From positions 1 to 39,348 of the forward strand of contig JBOHXA010000516.1 of the NCBI GenBank assembly GCA_050737335.1: 39,348 nucleotides of DNA, read 5' to 3'. Each line of letters begins with the position of its first letter. Position 1 is the stretch's first letter. Made by a program: the position numbers and the translations under genes. Source of the stretch: Limisphaerales bacterium (GTDB lineage Bacteria; Verrucomicrobiota; Verrucomicrobiia; Limisphaerales; UBA11358). Below are positions 1 through 8,468 of the stretch, piece by piece. Under the pieces are notes generated by a model. That model had not been told where the DNA came from, searched no databases, and saw only the letters and a program-made list of their open reading frames with translations.

Positions 1-1
1 T

Positions 2-1051
2 CTCAGAACGCTTTATCCGGATGTTCAACGGGCAACGGACTATTCATTCATGCTCAATGGCATTGGGCTGGACGCGGTGGTGATTTCCACTTCGGTGAAG
101 TGGCATTTTCCGATGGCCAAAGCCAGTCTGCTGGCTGGAAAACATACCTTTATCGAAAAGCCGATGGCCAGTTCATCGGCCGAATGCGAGGAATTGATCG
201 CCATCGCGGAAAAGCAAGGAGTGATCCTGATGACCGGCCATACGTTTCTGTATTCGCCGGTGGTACGAAAGATCAAGGAAATTGTTGAACAAGGAGATAT
301 TGGGGACATCCGATACATTTGCGCGCGCCGGCTGAACCTGGGTCTGTTTCAAAAGGACATCAACGTGGCCTGGGACCTGGCGCCGCACGACATTTCGATC
401 ATTCAACATATCATGGGCGAGCCGCCGATCGAGATCAACTGCCGCGGGTGCGCCCACATCACGCCCGGCATCGAAGACGTGACCATGATATGCCTGTCCT
501 TTCCGAAACAGCGCACGGCGATCATTCACAATAGCTGGCTTGACCCGCGCAAAATTCGCGAAATGACGATTGTGGGGAGCAAACGGATGATCGTGTATGA
601 CGACGTGGCGCCGCTGGAGAAAATCCGCGTATTTGACGCGCGCGTGGAGACGCCGCCGCACTACGACACGTTCGCTGAATTTCAATACGCCTATCACTAT
701 GGCGACGTGTATGTGCCGTATGTCAAGCAGGAGGAACCGCTCCGAAGCGAATGCCAGCATTTTCTGGATTGCATTAAAAACGGGACCCCACCGTTATCGG
801 ACGGCAAGAACGGATTGGAGCTGGTACGAATCCTGGAAGCGTCATCGAGGTCCCTGAAGCTGGGCGGGGCGCCTGTAAATTTCCATCCGGAAAAGGATTC
901 GATGGAAGAAGAAGAGGATCACCGCGATGAAATTGCAAAGAAGAGGAATGGCAAGCGAATTCCTGTGGCCCGGTTGACTTCGCGAAAACGCGCGGTCAAA
1001 TTGATCCAAAAGATCGCGCGCCCGACGGCGCCGGAACTATTTCCGCAATGA
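2..1051 (+). CDS. Gfo/Idh/MocA-family NAD-dependent sugar-nucleotide oxidoreductase (WbpB-like), 5' end cut by window edge
   Basis: The frame is open from nt 2 (LRTLYPDVQRATDYSF precedes the first Met at 50), so the N-terminal Rossmann part lies upstream. Family-typical motifs: LDAVVISTS, AGKHTFIEKPMA, GDIGDIRY. The stop overlaps the next start (ATGA at 1048-1051). A charged C-terminal tail of about 55 aa is atypical. Confidence 0.8.
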   Translation, partial: LRTLYPDVQRATDYSFMLNGIGLDAVVISTSVKWHFPMAKASLLAGKHTFIEKPMASSSAECEELIAIAEKQGVILMTGHTFLYSPVVRKIKEIVEQGDIGDIRYICARRLNLGLFQKDINVAWDLAPHDISIIQHIMGEPPIEINCRGCAHITPGIEDVTMICLSFPKQRTAIIHNSWLDPRKIREMTIVGSKRMIVYDDVAPLEKIRVFDARVETPPHYDTFAEFQYAYHYGDVYVPYVKQEEPLRSECQHFLDCIKNGTPPLSDGKNGLELVRILEASSRSLKLGGAPVNFHPEKDSMEEEEDHRDEIAKKRNGKRIPVARLTSRKRAVKLIQKIARPTAPELFPQ

Positions 1052-1572
1052 GCGCGAAAGAGGAACCGACGCGTTTCCTGGCCGTTGGGGCGCGAATGGG
1101 CCGAAACGTCCGCATTTACGATTTTGCAAACATTTACGGCTGCGAAATTGGCGACGACGTAAGAATTGGGGCATTTGTCGAGATTCAGAAAGGCTCCAGG
1201 ATTGGGAACCGGTGTAAAATCTCAAGTCATTCGTTTATATGCGAAGGCGTGACTCTGGAGGACGAAGTTTTCGTGGGCCATCACGTTGTATTTACGAATG
1301 ATCTTTATCCCCGCGCCACCAATGAGGAAGGACAGTTGCAGAGCGAGAGGGATTGGCAATGTATCCCGACATTAGTCAAACGCGGGGCGTCCATTGGATC
1401 GGGGGCTGTCTTGCTTTGTGGAATCACCGTGGGCGAGGGCGCGATCATCGGGGCGGGAAGCGTTGTGACAAAGGACGTAGCACCCGGCGCCATTGTGGCG
1501 GGCAATCCCGCGCGGCCAATGAGAGCCGTCAAAGAGGTTTTGCATCCTGAAGTATTGAGCACCGAGCATTGA
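1048..1572 (+). CDS. Left-handed beta-helix (hexapeptide repeat) sugar N-acetyltransferase, WbpD/WlbB-like
   Basis: 174 aa with imperfect hexapeptide repeats (VRIGAFVEI, SRIGNRCKI, ASIGSGAVL, ITVGEGAIIGAGSVV) and an AGNPAR motif near the C terminus. It is translationally coupled (ATGA) to the upstream oxidoreductase. Confidence 0.8.
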   Translation: MSAKEEPTRFLAVGARMGRNVRIYDFANIYGCEIGDDVRIGAFVEIQKGSRIGNRCKISSHSFICEGVTLEDEVFVGHHVVFTNDLYPRATNEEGQLQSERDWQCIPTLVKRGASIGSGAVLLCGITVGEGAIIGAGSVVTKDVAPGAIVAGNPARPMRAVKEVLHPEVLSTEH

Positions 1573-1573
1573 G

Positions 1574-2692
1574 TTGGACCTTGTGATAGCTGAAAACGTC
1601 ATCAGCCCGGCGGTATCCATTCCGTTTTCCCGTGAGCGACGCTTTTCGCGCGCGGGCGGCGTGCAATGGACAAATCCAATTGCACATCCCGATTGGGACG
1701 AACAGATCGCCAGGCACAATGAGGGGCTGTCATTTTTTCATACCGCCGCATGGGCGCAAGTGTTGACAGAGACGTACGGATTTGAGCCGGTTTACTTCGT
1801 CAAAGAAGAATCGGGAGCGGTTCAATCCGTGCTACCGTTGATGGAAATCAAGAGCGCCCTGACGGGAGCGCGGGGGGTCGCGTTGCCCTTTACCGACACG
1901 TGCGAGCCTCTCTGCCAGGACAAGGCGGCTTTCCCCGAACTGTTCCGAAACGCAGTTGAATTGGCACAGGCCCGTGGGTGGAAATACCTGGAGTTTCGCG
2001 GCGGTGAATGTTTTTTCAACGGCAGGGCGCCCTCGCTTACCTTTTACCGGCACCGTGTGGAGATACCCCGGGACGAGGAGGCATTTTTTGGGAAATTAAA
2101 AAATGCAGGGCGACGGGCCATTCGGAAGGCCGAAAAGAGCGGGGTCCACGTGGAGATATCGCGAGCTTTCACCTCCGTTAAACAGTATTACGTGCTGCAC
2201 TGTAAATCGCGACGACGGCACGGGTTGCCGCCACAGCCATTTTATTTCTTCAAAAATATCCAACGGCACATTTTATCAAAGGGCCTTGGCTTCGTAGCGC
2301 TGGCGCGCTGGCGCGATGTCCCGGTGGCGGGGGCGATATTTTTTCACTCAGGAGACAAGGGGATTTATAAGTTTGGAGCGTCGGACGAGGCCTTTCAACA
2401 TGTGCGGGCCAATAATCTGTTGTTCCGGGAAGCGATTGGCTGGTTTTCGAGGAACGGGATCAAAGAATTGGATTTAGGGCGGACATCCCTGGCGAACGAG
2501 GGCTTACGCCGTTTTAAGCTGGGTTGGAATGCCCGGGAAGAGATTACGGGCTATTTTCGATTTTGTCCGTGGCAAAAAAGGTTTGTTCCCATGCGGGAGG
2601 AGGGTTACGGCTGGCACAACTTGGTGTTCAAGACGTTGCCGCTGGCGGCGTCGAGGCTGGCCGGCGAAATACTGTACCGGCACTGGGCCTGA
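1574..2692 (+). CDS. FemAB-related GNAT-fold protein (PEP-CTERM-system-associated FemAB-like family type)
   Basis: 372 aa. HTAAWAQVL, RRAIRKAEKSGVHVE, IYKFGASD and LGRTS..GLRRFKLGW match the FemAB/Acetyltransf_6 pattern. The start is uncertain: TTG at 1574 (1 nt after the upstream stop) or GTG at 1583. There is no nearby in-frame ATG. Confidence 0.7.
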   Translation: MDLVIAENVISPAVSIPFSRERRFSRAGGVQWTNPIAHPDWDEQIARHNEGLSFFHTAAWAQVLTETYGFEPVYFVKEESGAVQSVLPLMEIKSALTGARGVALPFTDTCEPLCQDKAAFPELFRNAVELAQARGWKYLEFRGGECFFNGRAPSLTFYRHRVEIPRDEEAFFGKLKNAGRRAIRKAEKSGVHVEISRAFTSVKQYYVLHCKSRRRHGLPPQPFYFFKNIQRHILSKGLGFVALARWRDVPVAGAIFFHSGDKGIYKFGASDEAFQHVRANNLLFREAIGWFSRNGIKELDLGRTSLANEGLRRFKLGWNAREEITGYFRFCPWQKRFVPMREEGYGWHNLVFKTLPLAASRLAGEILYRHWA

Positions 2693-2761
2693 CCGCGGAA
2701 GATACCGGCATTTAATGAGGCGACAGGGAAAAGCTTAGCAAATAGAAACACAGGAGCACAA

Positions 2762-4981
2762 ATGAAGACGTCAAATTACGATCAAAACACGGACCCGCCG
2801 GCAATGACGCCCGGGGACATTTATTTCATCCTTTTCCGCCACAAATGGAAGATCATTTTACTATCGCTAGCGGGCATCGCCGCGGCCGCGGCGTATTGGT
2901 GGTTCTATCCCCCGCCCTACCAGTCAGAGGCGCGGTTATTCATCCGCTGGGTTGAAGAAGTCCACCCTATAAACACCCAGAAAAATGCGCAGGTGACTTC
3001 GCCCGATGCCCTGGGCCAAAGCATCATCAATTCCGAAATGGAAGTATTGTCGAGCTTCGATCTGGCCAGGGAAGCGGCCAAGGACATTGGGCCTAAGAAG
3101 ATTTTGGCCAAATATGGAGGCGGCAATGATCCGATTGCGGCGGCCGAGATCATCAAAAAGAACCTGGTCGTAGAGGCGCCGAAGCAAGATAGCGTGATTC
3201 ATTTGATTTACAGCGACGCGGACCCGACGGTAGTCCAGCCGGTTTTAACTGAAATCATCAACGATTACTTGAACAAGTACATACAAGTGCATGAATCGAG
3301 CATGTCAGATGACTACCTGTCGCAGGAGACGGCGCAATTGCGCTCGCAAATTGACGAAACTGAAGATGAATTGCGCACGGCCAAAGCGGGCGCGGGAATT
3401 ATATCGGTTCCCGACGCGGAAAAATCGTACACGGCCGAAATTGGATGGATCACAACGCAGTTAATCGAGGCGAAGGCTGATTTGGCGGCCGAGCAGAGCG
3501 ACTTGAAAGCGCAACCGGAGGAGGAACAGACGAACCTCGCCGCGGCAACGCCGGGTCTGAATGTTCCAGAAGGCCGCATCGAAGAATACCGGCGGGTTTG
3601 CGCCAGGCTCGACTATCTTCAAAATCAGCAAAGCCAATACTACACCCAGCTAGGATATACGGATGAAAACCGGCTGGTGCAGGAGACGCAATTACAAATT
3701 GCACAAACGAAATGGCTCAAACAGAATTTAGAGGAACGGTATCCGGATTTGGTGGGGACTTATGAGCCGGCGACTCCAGGACAAAGCGCCAGCGCCGGGG
3801 GCGGCGAAGCGGATCGGCTGGCGCCGGCTTCGCTTCTGGCAAAAATTGACGTTTTGAAGCAGGAGTTGACGCAATTGCAATCGGAAGCGGTGAAGGTGGA
3901 CACGGCGGAATCGAAAATAGCGGACCTACAACGCCGCGACGATATGCTGGAAGCCAACTACCAAAATTTCGCCAGCAGCCTTGAGCAGGCGCGCATAGAG
4001 GAAACGCTCGGACCCGGGCGCGTTTCAAACATCAACACCGTGGAATCGCCGACACCTCCGTACAAGAACCTTTCAAAACAAATCAAGGCGATGGTCATGA
4101 TGATAGGCGGCGGGATTTTGGCGGGGTTGGCGTGGGCTTTCTTTATTGAATTCTACCTGGACACGTCCGTGCGGCGGACAAAGGAAATCGAATCACAGTT
4201 GAAACTGCCGCTGTTGATTTCGATTCCGGACATTAGCCGCAATGGGCACCGGCGGCTGATCCAGGCCGCCGAACGCCGGCAATTGCAATTTCAGAATCCG
4301 GATGGAGAGATTGACGGGACGTCCGGAATTCTATCGTGGGAAACCAGCAGTTGCCTGAACCCGTTTTATGACGCGTTACGGGACAAGCTGGTGAACTACT
4401 TCGAAAACGCCAGAACGATTGTCCAACCCAAGCTGATAACGGTGACCGGAACGGAAAAGGGCTGCGGGGTCAGCGCCATAGCGGCCGGGGTGGCAACGTC
4501 GCTGGCCGAAACGGGAGAGCGCGTATTGCTGGTGGACATGAAATTGGAACATGGGGTGGCGCAACAGTTCTTCCTGGGGCGGCCCTGTTGCGGGCTGGAT
4601 GAAGCGCTGGCACTGGAGACGCGGGACTCGGCGCTGGTCCAGGAGAACCTGTACGTGGTGACAGCGGGATCACCCGACGAACGGTTCCAGCGCATTTTGC
4701 CCCGGTTATTCGTGTCATTGCTGCCGAGGATACGCTCGAGTGATTACGGCTATATCATTTTTGACATGCCGCCGGTAAGCCAAACGAGCATCACATCGCG
4801 CCTGGCCGGGTTCATGGATATGGTATTGCTGGTGATCCAGTCGGAAAAGACACACCTGGACGCCGCGCAGCAGGCCATCGCGCTGCTGGCGCATTCCAAG
4901 ACCAAGATTGGCGTGGTTTTGAACAAGACACGCAAATATATACCGGAGCGTCTGCACCGGGAAACGTTAACGGACTTCTAA
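2762..4981 (+). CDS. Polysaccharide co-polymerase (GumC/Wzz type) fused to a degenerate BY-kinase/MinD-like P-loop domain
   Basis: 739 aa. N-terminal TM (WKIILLSLAGIAAAAAYWWF), a long coiled-coil periplasmic region, and a second TM (MVMMIGGGILAGLAWAFFIEF). The C-terminal domain has LITVTGTEKGCGVSA (Walker A position), VLLVDMK and IIFDMPPV. AGGAG sits at 2752-2756, 5 nt before the ATG. Confidence 0.8.
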   Translation: MKTSNYDQNTDPPAMTPGDIYFILFRHKWKIILLSLAGIAAAAAYWWFYPPPYQSEARLFIRWVEEVHPINTQKNAQVTSPDALGQSIINSEMEVLSSFDLAREAAKDIGPKKILAKYGGGNDPIAAAEIIKKNLVVEAPKQDSVIHLIYSDADPTVVQPVLTEIINDYLNKYIQVHESSMSDDYLSQETAQLRSQIDETEDELRTAKAGAGIISVPDAEKSYTAEIGWITTQLIEAKADLAAEQSDLKAQPEEEQTNLAAATPGLNVPEGRIEEYRRVCARLDYLQNQQSQYYTQLGYTDENRLVQETQLQIAQTKWLKQNLEERYPDLVGTYEPATPGQSASAGGGEADRLAPASLLAKIDVLKQELTQLQSEAVKVDTAESKIADLQRRDDMLEANYQNFASSLEQARIEETLGPGRVSNINTVESPTPPYKNLSKQIKAMVMMIGGGILAGLAWAFFIEFYLDTSVRRTKEIESQLKLPLLISIPDISRNGHRRLIQAAERRQLQFQNPDGEIDGTSGILSWETSSCLNPFYDALRDKLVNYFENARTIVQPKLITVTGTEKGCGVSAIAAGVATSLAETGERVLLVDMKLEHGVAQQFFLGRPCCGLDEALALETRDSALVQENLYVVTAGSPDERFQRILPRLFVSLLPRIRSSDYGYIIFDMPPVSQTSITSRLAGFMDMVLLVIQSEKTHLDAAQQAIALLAHSKTKIGVVLNKTRKYIPERLHRETLTDF

Positions 4982-5055
4982 GATTGCATTCGTCACCGGG
5001 CGGCGCGGTCTTCAGCCTGTTGCTGAGATCTCGCCGCCCACACTTGACCCCTTTT

Positions 5056-7344
5056 ATGCCCGCATCTGTTTTGAGCAACCGGATCTATTACCGGTTCAAG
5101 CCTTATTTGCCGTGGCGCCTGCGGATGGGGATGCGCCGTCTCGTGGCCCGGCGGAAACGGGACGCGTTCAGAAACGTTTGGCCGATCAATGAAGCCGCGG
5201 GGCGCATTCCCGACAACTGGCGGGGCTGGCCGGATAAAAAGAAATTTGCGCTTGTCCTGACGCACGACGTGGAGGGAGCCGGCGGACTGGCCAAATGCCT
5301 ACGCCTGATGGAACTGGAACGCCGGCTCGGGTTTCGGTCGTCCTTTAATTTCATTCCGGAAGGCAACTACACGGCGCCTTCAGAGCTGCGAAATTTGCTC
5401 GTTGAAGGCGGGTTCGAGGTAGGTGTCCATGACTTGCGCCACGACGGAAAGCTATACTGGCGCAGGAATAATTTCATGGAGAGCGCGCGGAGTATCAACC
5501 GGTACCTGGAAAGCTGGAATGCGAGCGGTTTTCGGGCTGCGTTCATGCTTCACGATCGGGAACGCTTGCATCATTTGAACATCCAGTACGATGCCTCGAC
5601 ATTCGACACGGATCCGTTTGAGCCGCAACCCGATGGTGTGAACACCATTTTTCCGTTTTGGATTTCCGATGGAAACGGAGGGGGCTATGTGGAATTGCCT
5701 TATACGCTGCCGCAGGACTCGACACTCTACCTGGTACTGGATGAAAAATCGCCGGAGATTTGGAAAACGAAGCTGGATTGGATTGTGCAGCGAGGAGGCA
5801 TGGCTTTGCTAAACGTGCATCCGGATTACTTGGGGTTTAGCGAAGACCGTGAGGCGTGCGAATATCCGGCCGTCTGGTATGAAGATTTTCTTTTGCACAT
5901 CAGAGAGCAATACGCGGGCGAATTTTGGAACCCATTGCCGAAGGAAATGGCGCGTTGGTTCAAGCAGAACTATCGTCCCGCAAAAGCGGCCGCTCCGGCC
6001 TATTATTTCAATGGCGCCAACGGGCATCATCGAAAACGGACGATGCAGGAAGTGAACGCCGCGGTGGTATTATACTCGTACTACGCGTCCGACCCGCGGC
6101 CGCGGAGGGAGGCCGAGGTGTTAAGCCAGGCCGGGGCGGAAGTGGACGTCATATGTCTTCGGAAAGACCATTCTGAACGGGCGTATGAAAAGATTGACGG
6201 TGTCAATGTCTATCGCATTCCCTTAAAGCGCCGCCGCGGAGGCAAGTTGACGTACATCTTTCAATATGCGTGCTTTTTAGCGGCGTCATTTTCCCTTATG
6301 GCGGTTTGGAGCCTCCGGAAGCGTTATCGGCTGGTTCATGTACACAACATGCCTGACTTCCTGGTATTCAGCGGCCTGATCCCGCGATTGCGCGGAGCGA
6401 AAATCATTCTGGATTTGCACGATCCCATGCCGGAGCTATTTCGCAGCATTTATCATCTGCAGGAAAACCATGTTATTGTCCGCTGGCTGAAGAAAATGGA
6501 ACGTAACAGCATCGGCTTCGCTGACCTGATCATTACTCCGAATATTGCATTCAAGGAACTGTTTAAGGCACGAAGCTGTCCGCCGAACAAAATCCAGACC
6601 GTGATGAATTCGCCGGAGGCGGCCATTTTCAACACGCCAGAAGGAACGCGCACAAACGGGCACAATGGGGTGGAACCAGTTGGCGACCGGCCGGTGGGTG
6701 GCAAAACCTTCCGGCTTATGTACCATGGTTTAATTGTGGAACGGCACGGTTTGGATCTTGCGGTGGATGCGCTTGCCAGGTTGAGGCAGAGGATTCCCCG
6801 CGTAGAACTCCACCTTTATGGCGAGCATACGGACTATTTGGATAAAATCCTTGATCTGGCCTGGCAATTGAATGTGGGCAGCGCAATTCACTTCCACGGC
6901 TTTAAAACACTGCACGAAATCGCGGAGGACATTCTCAAAGCAGACCTGGGAATCGTGCCGAACCGTCTGACTGTGTTTACGCAGATCAATTTTCCGACGC
7001 GAATCTTTGAGTATCTCGCAATGAACAAACCGGTCATCGTCCCACGGACGCGGGGAATCGGCGATTATTTCAATGAGAATGAAATCCTGTTTTTCGAGCC
7101 GGACAATGTAAACGACCTGGCGGCCCGCATTGAATGGGCATACGAGCATCCGACAGAATTGCGCCGCCTCACCGAGAGCGGACGCAGAGTTTATGAAAAA
7201 AACCGCTGGGAACTGGAGCAGGACAAATTCCTAGGAATGGTCGGTAATTTAATAAAGAAGCCGGCGCCGGCGGCGGCTGAAACGGAAAGTCTTTTGCTGA
7301 ACGGTGAGAAAGCCCATTCCCGCCCTGCCCTTCACAGAACATAA
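5056..7344 (+). CDS. Bifunctional-looking protein: N-terminal polysaccharide deacetylase-like (CE4/NodB-like) domain fused to a C-terminal GT4 glycosyltransferase
   Basis: The N-terminal half has VLTHDVEG and VGVHDLRHDG, which resemble NodB motif 1 (Asp) and motif 2 (HxxxH). The C-terminal half has GT4 features (HVHNMPDF, LMYHGLIVERHGLD, FPTRIFEYLAMNKPVIVPRTRG). I chose the ATG at 5056; the track ORF begins at a TTG at 4984 with an implausible leader. Confidence 0.7.
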   Translation: MPASVLSNRIYYRFKPYLPWRLRMGMRRLVARRKRDAFRNVWPINEAAGRIPDNWRGWPDKKKFALVLTHDVEGAGGLAKCLRLMELERRLGFRSSFNFIPEGNYTAPSELRNLLVEGGFEVGVHDLRHDGKLYWRRNNFMESARSINRYLESWNASGFRAAFMLHDRERLHHLNIQYDASTFDTDPFEPQPDGVNTIFPFWISDGNGGGYVELPYTLPQDSTLYLVLDEKSPEIWKTKLDWIVQRGGMALLNVHPDYLGFSEDREACEYPAVWYEDFLLHIREQYAGEFWNPLPKEMARWFKQNYRPAKAAAPAYYFNGANGHHRKRTMQEVNAAVVLYSYYASDPRPRREAEVLSQAGAEVDVICLRKDHSERAYEKIDGVNVYRIPLKRRRGGKLTYIFQYACFLAASFSLMAVWSLRKRYRLVHVHNMPDFLVFSGLIPRLRGAKIILDLHDPMPELFRSIYHLQENHVIVRWLKKMERNSIGFADLIITPNIAFKELFKARSCPPNKIQTVMNSPEAAIFNTPEGTRTNGHNGVEPVGDRPVGGKTFRLMYHGLIVERHGLDLAVDALARLRQRIPRVELHLYGEHTDYLDKILDLAWQLNVGSAIHFHGFKTLHEIAEDILKADLGIVPNRLTVFTQINFPTRIFEYLAMNKPVIVPRTRGIGDYFNENEILFFEPDNVNDLAARIEWAYEHPTELRRLTESGRRVYEKNRWELEQDKFLGMVGNLIKKPAPAAAETESLLLNGEKAHSRPALHRT

Positions 7345-7414
7345 AGTCTCTTGATATCGCACCTTGAATGGCTGCCTGAATTGCGCCTGTCAAAAAGTCA
7401 TTTATCCGCGGACA

Positions 7415-8431
7415 ATGCAACCTCTTGTTTCCATCCTTATTTGCGCGTTTAACGCTGAAAAGACAATAGCGGAAACGCTTCAATCCGCTGTGGCACAGAC
7501 CTGGCCCCGGACCGAGATCATCGTCGCCAATGACGGTTCCATAGATCGAACCGAGGAGATCGTGCGTCAATTCAAGCGGGTGACTCTGGTGTCGGCGAAG
7601 CACGAAGGATTTTCGGCGACCCAAAATCGAGCCTTCCAAAATTCGCACGGGGACTATATCCAATACCTGGACTCTGATGATCTGCTGGCGCCTGATAAAA
7701 TTGAGCGGCAGATGGCCGCCCTCGTGAAGAGAGGGAATCCGCGGTTGCTGGCGATTTCACCATGGGCCTATTTTTACCATCGCACCCGGAACGCGCGATT
7801 CGTCCATAATTCGCTTTGCCGGGATTTGTCCCCGGCGGAGTACTTCATGCGAAAGATGAGCGAAGGGGTTTTCATGCAGAACGCCAGCTGGCTGGTAAAA
7901 CGAGAGATGGTTGAGGAGGCCGGCCCATGGGACATGACTCTTAACTATGATCACGACGGGGAATTTTTTTCCCGCGTCCTTCTGGCTTCAGAGGGCACAT
8001 GTTTTGTGCCTGGAACGGGCATTTACTATCGGAAGACCGGATCAAGCAGCATCAGCGTCATTGGCAATTCGAATAAGAAGAAAGAGTCGCTTCTGGTGTC
8101 GATGAAATTGCACGTAAAATATCTTTTGTCGATCGAGGACTCTACAAGGACGCGGGCCGCGAGCGTGAAGTATTTTCAAAACTGGTATGACATTTTTTAC
8201 TTAAGCCGGCCCGATCTGTCCGCCGAATTGGAATCATTGGCTGTTTCATTGGGAGGGCGGCTTGTTCCCCCGCGGTTGGCCTGGAAATACGCGTGGATTG
8301 AGAAACTGTGCGGCTGGAAAACCGCGCATGCGATTCGTATGAAGTACAACCGAATCAAGAGTGACACACTCAGGGCCTGGGACCATGCGATGCTTCAATT
8401 TGAAAGGCGGCCCGCGGCCAACGTCAATTAG
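7415..8431 (+). CDS. GT2-family glycosyltransferase
   Basis: VSILICAFNAEKTI, IVANDGSIDRT and YLDSDD (DxD) motifs. I chose the start at MQPLVSIL rather than the track start at 7364. It is a paralogue of 21601-22629. Confidence 0.8.
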   Translation: MQPLVSILICAFNAEKTIAETLQSAVAQTWPRTEIIVANDGSIDRTEEIVRQFKRVTLVSAKHEGFSATQNRAFQNSHGDYIQYLDSDDLLAPDKIERQMAALVKRGNPRLLAISPWAYFYHRTRNARFVHNSLCRDLSPAEYFMRKMSEGVFMQNASWLVKREMVEEAGPWDMTLNYDHDGEFFSRVLLASEGTCFVPGTGIYYRKTGSSSISVIGNSNKKKESLLVSMKLHVKYLLSIEDSTRTRAASVKYFQNWYDIFYLSRPDLSAELESLAVSLGGRLVPPRLAWKYAWIEKLCGWKTAHAIRMKYNRIKSDTLRAWDHAMLQFERRPAANVN

Positions 8432-8468
8432 CCGTCCTTTTTTCACCGGATCAAAACCCAATCTCATC

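Noticed and set aside
2725-2740. Second sigma54-like element AGGGAA-aagct-TAGCA upstream of the co-polymerase gene
   Set aside because: Only the GG and GC dinucleotides match the consensus. The implied transcription start would leave about 10 nt of leader, overlapping the Shine-Dalgarno sequence. I judged it a chance match.
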